A stretch of DNA of 64,000 nt from Escherichia phage VEc74: sequence record MT932213.1; one strand, given 5' to 3'. Below the pieces are notes generated by a model. It worked only from the letters and a program-made list of their open reading frames with translations, made no database searches and was not told the DNA's origin. The position numbers and the translations under genes were made by a program. Of the stretch, positions 49,642 through 58,600 are shown piece by piece. The number at the start of each line of letters is the position of its first letter. Position 1 is the stretch's first letter.

Positions 49642-50610
49642 TTATTTCAGAAGAGTAACCTCAGCAATTTCTTCCCAACCGTTTTTGTCGGTCATAATAA
49701 AGTCAGCAAGATAAAGAGCAGTACGCAGTGAAACATTGCGTAAACGGTTAACATTGACTTTCATCCATGATAATGCTTTATAAGTTTCTTCATCAGAAAG
49801 ACCGCGCTTTTGCATCATGTCGGTTGAAAGAATAACATCTTCAACCCTGACCATAATTTCTTCATTAGTGTGAACACCCAAATCCAAATAAACTGAGCGG
49901 GACACTAATGCTTGTAAATGTGGAGCAAGTTTAGTACCACGGTCTAATTCGCGGTCAATATCAACGTTTGTGATAAAAACAATCGTTCCTTTAAATTCAA
50001 ACTCACGGTCAATGCCTTTTTCTTCTAAGTAAGAAGATGCAGTGCTCCAGCAGACTTTACGGGTCTCTCCAGTGTCCAGAGCAGCTTTCAGAAGATTAAG
50101 AATGTCCATATCAGAGAAAACATCCACATCATCAATCAAAAGGACAGAATTCTCTTCACGATTATTCCAAAGCTGCTCATAAAGACCGATACCCGAGATT
50201 TTACCATTGATGCTTTTATATTCAATGTATCCAATATCATTTGCTTTATTCAAAGCTTTATCTAAAGAATACGTTTTACCAATACCTGCTGCTCCCGAGA
50301 TAATTAATGAACGAATGTTTCCGTTAATAATACCATTCGTCATCATTCCCATAACATTAAATCTTTTATTAATGCGGGTTTTCATATCTTCATATGATTC
50401 TTTAACTTCTTCAACTTTTACACCATCATATGAAATGTCTGATTTGTAAACCCAAACACCGCGACGTTTACCATCAATTTCAACAAAAACTTTACCATCT
50501 CCTTGTGCATCTACCGGAGCATTATCTGGGAACCATTCGCCTAAGAGCTCAAAAGTTCCAGAGATTTCTTTACCGAAGTAGATACCCTTATTGATAGTTA
50601 CAGTTTTCAT
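49642..50610 (-). CDS. AAA+/P-loop ATPase
   Basis: Walker A GAAGIGKT and Walker B VLLIDDVD; start at the ATG (MKTVTI), the tracked start is a TTG. Confidence 0.6.
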   Translation of the reverse strand: MKTVTINKGIYFGKEISGTFELLGEWFPDNAPVDAQGDGKVFVEIDGKRRGVWVYKSDISYDGVKVEEVKESYEDMKTRINKRFNVMGMMTNGIINGNIRSLIISGAAGIGKTYSLDKALNKANDIGYIEYKSINGKISGIGLYEQLWNNREENSVLLIDDVDVFSDMDILNLLKAALDTGETRKVCWSTASSYLEEKGIDREFEFKGTIVFITNVDIDRELDRGTKLAPHLQALVSRSVYLDLGVHTNEEIMVRVEDVILSTDMMQKRGLSDEETYKALSWMKVNVNRLRNVSLRTALYLADFIMTDKNGWEEIAEVTLLK

Positions 50611-50644
50611 TTTATTCTCCAAATCTGTATCAGTTGATAGTTGT

Positions 50645-50674
50645 ATAGTACCATAAAGCTTTATGCTTGTAAAC
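50645..50674 (-). promoter_or_regulatory. T4-type early promoter (part of a PeSL-like unit)
   Basis: GTTTAC, 17 bp, TGGTACTAT. Confidence 0.55.
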
Positions 50675-50699
50675 AGTTTTGTGAAAAATTTTTGAAATA

Positions 50700-50722
50700 A
50701 AAAAAGGAGCCCGAAGGCTCCC
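50700..50722 (-). terminator. rho-independent terminator
   Basis: GGAGCC-UUCG-GGCUCC hairpin followed by a run of 7 U. Confidence 0.6.
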
Positions 50723-50724
50723 TA

Positions 50725-51738
50725 TCATTTATAATAACTTCGGTGGTTTTCAAGATAAACCTTCTCAAGGAAGTCATCCCAAAAACCCATGTCTACTTTT
50801 TGCTGCATACCGTTCTTAGAAGCTTCAGTAGATGCTGCTTCTACTTGATCGACCACATCTTCCAAAAACTCTTGAACCGTTTTAAATGGATGTTTACCCA
50901 ACTTCACGTCGAGAATAAATGGAGCGTCTTGAAGTGGATAAACCAAGTCACCAGTTTTGTAAATTTCCAATAGTTGAAGTCCACCACGACAAGCATGGCT
51001 CAGAGCTTTCCAGTCAATACCTTCGTTGGCTTCGGCCTTACGGGCACGTTCACCATATTCAGCATCTAATTTGTTCAGTGACTGCTTAAGCTCAATAAGA
51101 GAAAGCGTTGTCTGATATTTACGACCCAACACAGTGTAGAACGTTTGTGGGCCTGTTTTCTCATGATTATGGAACACCCATTCACAGAATTCGTTTTCTG
51201 GAAGACGATGCTTAATATCTTCAACTTTAGTACGACGCTGCTTAATGGAACCGTCTTCTTGGTAATCAACCCATTGCTCAGGGATTTGATTAACTACTTT
51301 CAATACATCACGTAATGCAGCCAAACGAGAACCCTTGACCCCGTATTTAGAAGCTTGCTTACGGACATATCCTAAATAGGATTTCATGTTAGTCGTATAA
51401 AAACGAGAACGGTTGTCTTGAATAAACTTCCACACATCAGGCAAATCAGATTTAACCATTAGTTCAGGTGGAGTGTGAAGCATATCTAATGCTACGGTTT
51501 CACCATCTGCTGCTAATTTAAAGAAATATTTAAGACTGTATAGTTCATGGTCAATATCATCTTTAGTGTTTTTAGATGATGTGTTGTTAGTGTTTTTACT
51601 CATGTGCTCTTTGACATTTCCGATAAGAATATCACGAGCAGGAGGAACAAAAATTTCTTTAAAATCTACATCAGATTCTGGGGTAGAAGTTCCATAAAGA
51701 TGACTACCAAAATAGCTTTTCATTACTGTTTTCATCAT
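50725..51738 (-). CDS. predicted nucleotidyltransferase (Pol-beta superfamily fold)
   Basis: N-terminal GS-x9-DVD motif (GSHLYGTSTPESDVDF) with downstream acidic residues. Confidence 0.55.
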   Translation of the reverse strand: MMKTVMKSYFGSHLYGTSTPESDVDFKEIFVPPARDILIGNVKEHMSKNTNNTSSKNTKDDIDHELYSLKYFFKLAADGETVALDMLHTPPELMVKSDLPDVWKFIQDNRSRFYTTNMKSYLGYVRKQASKYGVKGSRLAALRDVLKVVNQIPEQWVDYQEDGSIKQRRTKVEDIKHRLPENEFCEWVFHNHEKTGPQTFYTVLGRKYQTTLSLIELKQSLNKLDAEYGERARKAEANEGIDWKALSHACRGGLQLLEIYKTGDLVYPLQDAPFILDVKLGKHPFKTVQEFLEDVVDQVEAASTEASKNGMQQKVDMGFWDDFLEKVYLENHRSYYK

Positions 51739-52196
51739 TCAGCCTTATATTCAATAACAGGACATACTTTAGCTTTACGAGCTTTTAAAAATTCGACGAT
51801 AATCGATTTCTTGGGTTGAATAGGAGGTAAACCTTTATACGCCCTATCAATATTTTCTACGTGTAAAGCATAATCCTTTTTCCATTTATAGTCTTTATAT
51901 TTTTCATGCAAATGTGCAGGAATAACAAATGAACCGATAATAAGTAAAACAACCAAAAGCGCAAGTATAAATGCCGATGGAAGAAGAGTCCATAAACTAC
52001 CGAAAATAAGCCAACGTTGTAGGCTTTCTGCACAAATAATTGTTAGCCCTACGAGTATAGCACACCCAAAAATAGAAACGAAAAATGTAGGAATGGCAAT
52101 AGACCAAAAATATGCGCATAGTGTCTTAGGTCGTTGCCATTCATCGTTAAACAATTTGAATAATTTATAGTGCCAAGAGTTTTCATTAATAATCAT
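51735..52196 (-). CDS. membrane protein
   Basis: 153-aa ORF with three or four hydrophobic segments; ATGATGA overlap with the nucleotidyltransferase start. Confidence 0.5.
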   Translation of the reverse strand: MIINENSWHYKLFKLFNDEWQRPKTLCAYFWSIAIPTFFVSIFGCAILVGLTIICAESLQRWLIFGSLWTLLPSAFILALLVVLLIIGSFVIPAHLHEKYKDYKWKKDYALHVENIDRAYKGLPPIQPKKSIIVEFLKARKAKVCPVIEYKAE

Positions 52197-52198
52197 AA

Positions 52199-52720
52199 TT
52201 ATCCTTTCATTGAAGGCGTAACGGTTGTTAAATACTTAATCATAGCTTCAGCTTCTGATTTTGATAATGAAATTTCTCCATTGTTTTGACGAATAGAAAT
52301 AAAATCCGGATGACGGTCACCACCAGCTTTTAAAACACACATATAAGTATCAGTTTCATCTTCAATATCTGAAATGATTGAAGCAGTTCCACACGAATGT
52401 GGTTTTTGATAAATCAATACAGCTTTTCTTCCACCGTTTGACTGTTCATAAACTTTTAACACATCAAACAAATCACTTCTTTTATCAATAGCTAAGATGT
52501 TGTTTTCATCTTCAATATTAAATCCTTCGGATACTTCATAAAGTGTCACCCATAAATCACCTATATCGATAGTAGCATTTTCCTTTCCATGACTTTCAAG
52601 AGCATGACAAATTTTCTTAATTTCGTCATAACTCATTTTAATAATATCATCTCCTTGACTAAGGAAGATGTCATTTTTAAATTCAACACGAATTAAACCG
52701 CTTCCACTTGAAATAAACAT
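52199..52720 (-). CDS. hypothetical protein (paralog pair, member 1)
   Basis: 173-aa ORF; C-terminus resembles that of the next ORF. Confidence 0.5.
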   Translation of the reverse strand: MFISSGSGLIRVEFKNDIFLSQGDDIIKMSYDEIKKICHALESHGKENATIDIGDLWVTLYEVSEGFNIEDENNILAIDKRSDLFDVLKVYEQSNGGRKAVLIYQKPHSCGTASIISDIEDETDTYMCVLKAGGDRHPDFISIRQNNGEISLSKSEAEAMIKYLTTVTPSMKG

Positions 52721-52726
52721 ATTTCC

Positions 52727-53260
52727 TCACTTTGAAATCATAGTTGGAATAACAGAATCAAGATAAGTTTTTAGTGCAATAGCTTCGTCTTTGTTTAATG
52801 TAATGATATGTGATCGAAAATCGTCAATTTGACGAATAGATACTATATTTCCCTCTTCATAGCATTTTGACACATTTAAAATAGTTTCATCATTATGATT
52901 ACAGGAGTTAGTAATAATAGCATTACATTTTTTAAACCATTTTAAATTATGTTTTATTTTAGTAGAATCATAAAAATATTTAATGTTAGTTATAAAATTA
53001 TCCCAATTATTAATTGATAAGCACATTGACTCGCTTTTAATATTAAATCCTGGGCATGAAGAATAAAAATGAATTTTATGCTCATCATTAATGCTTACAA
53101 TTTTATCAGTGTAAGCATATTCAATTTGGGTTAAACGAACAATTTCGCTAAGCGTAAAATATAACATGTCATCTTCTTGCGTCAAACGATACATGTTATT
53201 TACTTTTTCTATAGCCAATTCACCAAAAAGTGGACTAACTTCTAATACTAATCGTTTCAT
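52727..53260 (-). CDS. hypothetical protein (paralog pair, member 2)
   Basis: ORF from the ATG (MKRLVLEV); C-terminal similarity to 52199-52720. Confidence 0.5.
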   Translation of the reverse strand: MKRLVLEVSPLFGELAIEKVNNMYRLTQEDDMLYFTLSEIVRLTQIEYAYTDKIVSINDEHKIHFYSSCPGFNIKSESMCLSINNWDNFITNIKYFYDSTKIKHNLKWFKKCNAIITNSCNHNDETILNVSKCYEEGNIVSIRQIDDFRSHIITLNKDEAIALKTYLDSVIPTMISK

Positions 53261-53419
53261 ATTGATTCTCTTCGACTCGCTCACAATTACATACTCCTTT
53301 GAATAATATCAATAATGTTGTTCACCAAATTATAAGTAAACATTGGGTAATTATATTGAATCATCACATACACAACAAACAAAACTTTCATTCTCTTCTC
53401 CTTGGCAGTTGACAAGATT

Positions 53420-53449
53420 ACTATACCATAACCTTGCCAACTTGTAAAC
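53420..53449 (-). promoter_or_regulatory. T4-type early promoter
   Basis: GTTTAC, 17 bp, TGGTATAGT. Confidence 0.5.
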
Positions 53450-53451
53450 CA

Positions 53452-53625
53452 TTAAATGACGTTTTCAATAAAATTCTGAAGCTTTGTGTGAGCATCAACC
53501 ATGATTTTCATTTCTTCTTTGGCGAAAGCTGTACCTCTTTCCCGAGAAGAATATTCATAGTCAGAAACTGCATTAGCATATTCTTCAATTAGCTTCATTA
53601 AAAACATCTGCTTTTCAGTTTTCAT
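53452..53625 (-). CDS. small hypothetical protein
   Basis: 57-aa ORF with a GGTGG RBS; hand-translated. Confidence 0.3.
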   Translation of the reverse strand: MKTEKQMFLMKLIEEYANAVSDYEYSSRERGTAFAKEEMKIMVDAHTKLQNFIENVI

Positions 53626-53809
53626 TATTCCACCTAATCATTTCAAGATATTGAACTAACTTAGCTTTAGATTTGTCCAAATCCTTTTTAGTTGCTTCTA
53701 TACCGTCGTATGAATATCCTTCACAATGCTCAACTGCCAATTGATATGAATCTATTTCAATATCACGTGCTAATTTAATGATTTTTTCAAACTGTTCACG
53801 TGTTAGCAT
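53615..53809 (-). CDS. hypothetical protein
   Basis: 64-aa ORF. Confidence 0.4.
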   Translation of the reverse strand: MLTREQFEKIIKLARDIEIDSYQLAVEHCEGYSYDGIEATKKDLDKSKAKLVQYLEMIRWNNEN

Positions 53810-53811
53810 AC

Positions 53812-54015
53812 TTAAACTCTCGTATTATGATCGATAATTTCATCAAGAAACATATCTAACGCTTCTAAAGCATTATCCACTTTAGTTTCAAAGTCTTTAA
53901 TGCCTTTATTCGAAATACCCGATGAATACCAAGCAAAGTCAATCAGCTCTTCATCTGCTTTACGAATTAAAGCTACCAATTCCTTAATTTTATCCGCTTG
54001 TTCGATACTAATCAT
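53812..54015 (-). CDS. hypothetical protein
   Basis: ORF from the internal ATG (MISIEQ). Confidence 0.4.
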   Translation of the reverse strand: MISIEQADKIKELVALIRKADEELIDFAWYSSGISNKGIKDFETKVDNALEALDMFLDEIIDHNTRV

Positions 54016-54203
54016 TATTCCACCACATATGAAAGAGAGAATATTGCACACGCCATGTGAGTTGCAACTTCATCACACATATTATAACGTTTCTTGAGAA
54101 GTTCTACAAGTTCTTCACTAGTAACTTCATCCATGTCGACGAAAAAATCACCATTAATGATGACGTAGATATTTCCTTCTTGATTAAGTGCTTCAATTTT
54201 CAT
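54015..54203 (-). CDS. hypothetical protein
   Basis: ORF from the ATG (MKIEALN) with an AAGAGGAG RBS. Confidence 0.4.
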
Positions 54204-54231
54204 GATGTTCTCCTCTTTATCCGATGGTTGT

Positions 54232-54261
54232 ATAGTACCACAGCTCAAACGGAAAGTAAAC
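54232..54261 (-). promoter_or_regulatory. T4-type early promoter (part of a PeSL-like unit)
   Basis: GTTTAC, 17 bp, TGGTACTAT. Confidence 0.55.
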
Positions 54262-54271
54262 CGGTAAAATG

Positions 54272-54296
54272 AAAAAAGTCTCCCGAAGGAGACTAA
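54272..54296 (-). terminator. rho-independent terminator
   Basis: GUCUCC-UUCG-GGAGAC hairpin followed by UUUUUU. Confidence 0.6.
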
Positions 54297-54298
54297 TG

Positions 54299-54685
54299 TT
54301 ATTCGAGGGAAAGAAGATACTTACTTTGGTAAAACATTCCAGTAATATCATCTATCGTGCTTTGAATGGCTGGAGGCATTTCTTTATAAATGCTGTTAGA
54401 TTGATCTAGTATGTGATCAATCATTTTAATTGTGTCGGTAGGAAGTTTACTGGCATCTGGAATTGAAGGTGTGTATTTTCTACCAGAATACCCCAAATAT
54501 TGCTCACCAAATTTATCAATCAAATCTGGCAACTCGGAGAAAATAAAATCGTATGCTTTGTGTCTAGCATAACTTTTAGTTTCAAAATGTGCAGAATGAA
54601 AATAAGCTTGTGCAGCCATTAATAAACCTAAGTATTCATCTGCCTTTGAAGGTTTTCCACTTTGTGAAAAGTCGCTGAATTTCAT
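54299..54685 (-). CDS. hypothetical protein (rI.-1 position)
   Basis: 128-aa ORF. Confidence 0.45.
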
Positions 54686-54975
54686 TCAGTCTCCAATTTA
54701 ATGTTCATAATTCTAGCGTATGATTGTGCCATCTCCGCGCCTCGCTCTATACATTCAAAATCAGAAGAGCACGGGTCATTTTTATAGGTCGTTCTCATAA
54801 AACTATAGAATTGTTCAGACGATTCTACGCTTTTATTTTCAAAAAGCATATAAACGTGCCTAATACCAGATTCCATAAATTTATCAAAATGAGGATCGAC
54901 ATTCGCTTCAATCGATGGAGATAAAACAAATGACAATCCTAGCATGGCAAATAGTGCCGTTGCTTTTAAGGCCAT
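54682..54975 (-). CDS. rI: lysis-inhibition regulator rI (periplasmic)
   Basis: 97-aa ORF with a signal peptide directly upstream of tk; T4 rI is 97 aa. Confidence 0.65.
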   Translation of the reverse strand: MALKATALFAMLGLSFVLSPSIEANVDPHFDKFMESGIRHVYMLFENKSVESSEQFYSFMRTTYKNDPCSSDFECIERGAEMAQSYARIMNIKLETE

Positions 54976-54987
54976 AAAGGCCTCCTA

Positions 54988-55200
54988 TCATTTTTGTCCT
55001 GTATTTACTTTATGCCGATGCACGGCCTTAACTTTATCAAGGTATTTTTCAAAATTTCGCAATCTAGTATAGTCTGCCGGAGATTGGTTGAGTGATACTT
55101 CTCGACGCAAAGCTGAAATGATATTTCCAACTTCCCTACGAATTTCATCTAATTGAAGCACAGTAAGATTGCGAAGTTGCTTTTCAGTTAATTGTAGCAT
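54988..55200 (-). CDS. hypothetical protein (rI.1 position)
   Basis: 70-aa ORF. Confidence 0.4.
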
Positions 55201-55242
55201 ATATACCCCTTTAGTTAGATAAACCTATTTATAACTTTTGCA

Positions 55243-55824
55243 CTAACCGAGCTTTTTAGTTAATTCATTCCAATGTTTTCTACACAAAGAAACATAAATT
55301 TCATCGCCAATACAGATTTGATTACCTTCTTTAACTGGTGTTCCATCTTCCATTAATCGAGCTGTCATAATCGCTTTTTTACCACAATGACAAACTGCTT
55401 TTAGTTCAATAAGTTTATCTGCAATCGCTAAAAGTTCTTTAGAACCTTCAAATAATTTTCCAGCGAAATCAGTCCTTAGCCCATAAGCCATAACAGGAAC
55501 ATTATATGTATCAACAATTCGACTTAATTGATGCACTTGTTCAGTTTTTAAAAACTGAGCTTCATCTACAAATACGCAATGAATATCTTTTTGTGCTTCA
55601 GCCCATTTATAGAACTCGAAAATATCCATATCATCTGTAATAATATTCGCTTCCTGCTTAATTCCAATGCGAGAAACGACTTCACAGACAGAATCGCGAG
55701 TATCAATAGCAGGCTTAAGAACTAATACACTCATTCCACGCTCTTTATAATTATGCGCAGCAGTCAAAAGAGAAGCAGATTTTCCAGCATTCATTGCTGC
55801 ATAAGTAAAAATTAAACTCGCCAT
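55243..55824 (-). CDS. tk: thymidine kinase
   Basis: 193-aa ORF with P-loop AAMNAGKS and a C-terminal zinc site (CHCG...C). Confidence 0.9.
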   Translation of the reverse strand: MASLIFTYAAMNAGKSASLLTAAHNYKERGMSVLVLKPAIDTRDSVCEVVSRIGIKQEANIITDDMDIFEFYKWAEAQKDIHCVFVDEAQFLKTEQVHQLSRIVDTYNVPVMAYGLRTDFAGKLFEGSKELLAIADKLIELKAVCHCGKKAIMTARLMEDGTPVKEGNQICIGDEIYVSLCRKHWNELTKKLG

Positions 55825-55825
55825 C

Positions 55826-56014
55826 TTAGTCCTTAGTTAAATTTTCTAAATATGTTTCTAAATCATTTTCAGCTTTATCGATAGATTTTACTAATTCGTA
55901 ATATGTTTCGGCATCTCCATAATCAGAAGATAATTCAAAAGACAAATCCTTTTCTAAACTAATAATTTCACCAACTAAAAATAATATTTCGTTCTTTTGT
56001 TCGCGAGTAATCAT
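55826..56014 (-). CDS. hypothetical protein
   Basis: 62-aa ORF. Confidence 0.4.
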   Translation of the reverse strand: MITREQKNEILFLVGEIISLEKDLSFELSSDYGDAETYYELVKSIDKAENDLETYLENLTKD

Positions 56015-56202
56015 AAGGAATTTATATAATCAATGAGTTCTTGTTCTTTATTATCGAATTCTTTAGAAAGTTCTTCATACTCGTTTGCACTAAAAGGACC
56101 ACATTCATTACAAACTTTTTCCAATTCACTATTTTTATCCATAACTTCGTGGATAAGAGAAAAGAGTTTGTCTTTTTGTTCTTTGCTTAAACTCATAACC
56201 AT
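56011..56202 (-). CDS. hypothetical protein
   Basis: 63-aa ORF. Confidence 0.4.
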   Translation of the reverse strand: MVMSLSKEQKDKLFSLIHEVMDKNSELEKVCNECGPFSANEYEELSKEFDNKEQELIDYINSL

Positions 56203-56420
56203 GTCACCTTTAAGCAGTATTCTTCTACATGCTGTTTACGACCTTTCTTATCAATAAAGGTATATTCAACGAATGTTCCAATGTAGTCTTTATCTACATC
56301 ATGTGGACTATTAATTGGACATTTAGTGCGACAAATGCGTTCCCATTGACGAATAATTACTGCCTTATTCTTTGGGTCATATGGATGTGGATAATGTATA
56401 TTCATAATAATGGTTCCCAA
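56193..56420 (-). CDS. hypothetical protein
   Basis: 75-aa ORF. Confidence 0.4.
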   Translation of the reverse strand: MGTIIMNIHYPHPYDPKNKAVIIRQWERICRTKCPINSPHDVDKDYIGTFVEYTFIDKKGRKQHVEEYCLKVTWL

Positions 56421-56869
56421 TCAACAATCACAATTTCTAATTTAGAGGAATACGTATCTAAAATCCCCTCAATAATATCCCAGTTCCCTTTACCTATGCC
56501 TGCACCAATCCTAGGCATATAGATTGTAGGTTTAATCAGTTTATTTTCACCGAACTCATTTAATTCTAACATACAATTCATTAAAGCGGAATATTCAAAA
56601 TGAGGTCCTGGTTGAAATTGAGTATAAAGATTAAAGCAGTAAGCTTTATGAGTCCTAAAGTATTTTTCATAAACTGAGTAAGAACCAAGTTTAGTTACAT
56701 CACCCCATTCAGTCTGTAATTTATCAGCTTCCAAAATTTTAGGGAAAGCTTTGGTTAATTGACCCGCTACGCCTGAACCCATAGTATGAAAACAATTGCA
56801 TCCATGCGCAATATTTTTACCTTCAGCGAAAAGGGCGACAATATCGCCCTTGATATATTTTACAATCAT
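56402..56869 (-). CDS. macro-domain protein (ADP-ribose binding/processing)
   Basis: 155-aa ORF with macro-like motifs (HGCN...MGSGVAG; IGAGIGKG). Confidence 0.5.
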   Translation of the reverse strand: MIVKYIKGDIVALFAEGKNIAHGCNCFHTMGSGVAGQLTKAFPKILEADKLQTEWGDVTKLGSYSVYEKYFRTHKAYCFNLYTQFQPGPHFEYSALMNCMLELNEFGENKLIKPTIYMPRIGAGIGKGNWDIIEGILDTYSSKLEIVIVDWEPLL

Positions 56870-57213
56870 CTAGTACTCAATCCTCGATTATAAGAATCTA
56901 CCAAACGGTCAACCATTGAATGACAAGCGGCTTTATCTTTCTCCTCCGCAACTGAACATTCTAAAGTATTCCACTTTTTAGCATATCGTTTTAATAATGT
57001 ATCGTTTTTGTATCTGCTTGATTTATCTCTTTCTCCGTCTTTATATGCATATATTAATTTCTGTGCAAATTCAGCTTGGCATGCTTTATTTTTCCCACAA
57101 TAATCTGCCGCAGTGCGGTTTACATATTCTCTAATTTCAGTATATGATGTATCTGCTGACGCAGAAGCAGAAAATGAAATTAATCCTATACATAAAACCA
57201 AAATTTTAGTCAT
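56866..57213 (-). CDS. secreted protein (vs position)
   Basis: 115-aa ORF with a signal peptide. Confidence 0.45.
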   Translation of the reverse strand: MTKILVLCIGLISFSASASADTSYTEIREYVNRTAADYCGKNKACQAEFAQKLIYAYKDGERDKSSRYKNDTLLKRYAKKWNTLECSVAEEKDKAACHSMVDRLVDSYNRGLSTR

Positions 57214-57751
57214 TTACTATTTCCAAAAGTTTATTATTTTTAAGGTAATTAGCCTTTTCTAGGACTTCAGAAGCATATTTAGAACCAGCTTTAACATTCC
57301 ATCCCGAATTATAAGAGGATATTGCTTTTCTTATATCGCCCTTATGTATATTTAACCAATAAGAAAGTTCAATGTACGCCCAGGAAGCTGAATTGGATCG
57401 TTTATTCAACATTCTTTTTATTTCAGCATCGGTCATATTATAACCAAGTTCCTTAACTCTCGCTCGCATAGTAGGCAAATAATTTTGGAACATTCCATAA
57501 GCGTGATGCTTTGGTTTAGATTTTAAATTAACTCCGCCAGAGCTTTCTTGCCATAAAATAGCAGCCATTATATGACCTAATCCGCTCTTGTGGATATTTT
57601 TATGTGTTTTATATTTTCCATCCTTAGAAAATTGTTCCCCGAATTGATACGCGTAACGCATGTTATCGAGTTGGACATTACTGAAAGTATGCTCGGAGCT
57701 ATGTGCCATCATTGAAATGGCCAATAGACCAGCGAGTAGTGCTTTTCTCAT
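57206..57751 (-). CDS. periplasmic lytic-transglycosylase-like protein (SLT domain)
   Basis: signal peptide plus ILWQESSG...GMFQ motif. Confidence 0.5.
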   Translation of the reverse strand: MRKALLAGLLAISMMAHSSEHTFSNVQLDNMRYAYQFGEQFSKDGKYKTHKNIHKSGLGHIMAAILWQESSGGVNLKSKPKHHAYGMFQNYLPTMRARVKELGYNMTDAEIKRMLNKRSNSASWAYIELSYWLNIHKGDIRKAISSYNSGWNVKAGSKYASEVLEKANYLKNNKLLEIVND

Positions 57752-57758
57752 GCTTACC

Positions 57759-58220
57759 TCATTGAGTTTTAATTACTGCTTTAGAAGCCTTTCCTGGTAA
57801 ACGACGACTGTTAATAATTGCCATCCTGCATTGAAGCGACGGGTCTTTGAACTTCGCATTAGGTTTACAAACTGTAAATCCAAGCCAAAGATTTCCATCT
57901 GTGATTTCTAAACGTCCAGGACGATATTCAACCCCATCAATAAAATCCTCGTCAATGTCAGGACGCGGAGGCATACTCAGGAATTCATTAACTTCTAAAA
58001 CATGGTCTTTTATTTTATGGAATAATTCAAAAACGTATGTCTCATCAATCTCCCGTTGAATTGCGCGATCAAGAAGATGCTGAGAATATTTTAGATGAAA
58101 CGATGAGACTCCTGCTGCTTTTGACGCCTCACGAATCTCATTGTTAATTTGACGAAACTCCGACTCAAAGTGACGACGAAGCTTATTTCGACGGATAAAA
58201 ACTTCTGTATTGATAGTCAT
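57759..58220 (-). CDS. regB: RegB endoribonuclease
   Basis: 153-aa ORF; size and position match T4 RegB. Confidence 0.7.
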   Translation of the reverse strand: MTINTEVFIRRNKLRRHFESEFRQINNEIREASKAAGVSSFHLKYSQHLLDRAIQREIDETYVFELFHKIKDHVLEVNEFLSMPPRPDIDEDFIDGVEYRPGRLEITDGNLWLGFTVCKPNAKFKDPSLQCRMAIINSRRLPGKASKAVIKTQ

Positions 58221-58247
58221 GTTATTCTCCTCTTAACTGATAGAAAA

Positions 58248-58277
58248 ATTATACCACAGTCAAGAGGAAAAGTAAAC
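58248..58277 (-). promoter_or_regulatory. T4-type early promoter
   Basis: GTTTAC, 17 bp, TGGTATAAT upstream of regB. Confidence 0.55.
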
Positions 58278-58279
58278 AG

Positions 58280-58600
58280 TTATTCTTTAAATCTAATCAA
58301 TTTATTCATAGACTTTGAAACTTCGGCACGAACCTCATGTAGATTTTTGAGCTGTTCAAGACGCTGCGTATAGTAAGCAATTTCATCTTCTTCGAGACAG
58401 TCCTGTGAATCTTCTTTAAGATAACGTGCATAGTCCTGGAAAGCTTTACGGACTACTTCCTGGAAGTCATCAAGACTTTGAATTTTCTTAGGAGCAACAG
58501 ATACACGACGAGGGGCAGTATAATACTCATAACCAAACCCTGCGCTTAATTGAGCCATTAGTATTTTTCCTCTGGTTGGAACACTGCACGACAAGCCCAC
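58280..58600 (-). CDS. hypothetical protein
   Basis: 106-aa ORF. Confidence 0.4.
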   Translation of the reverse strand: MGLSCSVPTRGKILMAQLSAGFGYEYYTAPRRVSVAPKKIQSLDDFQEVVRKAFQDYARYLKEDSQDCLEEDEIAYYTQRLEQLKNLHEVRAEVSKSMNKLIRFKE

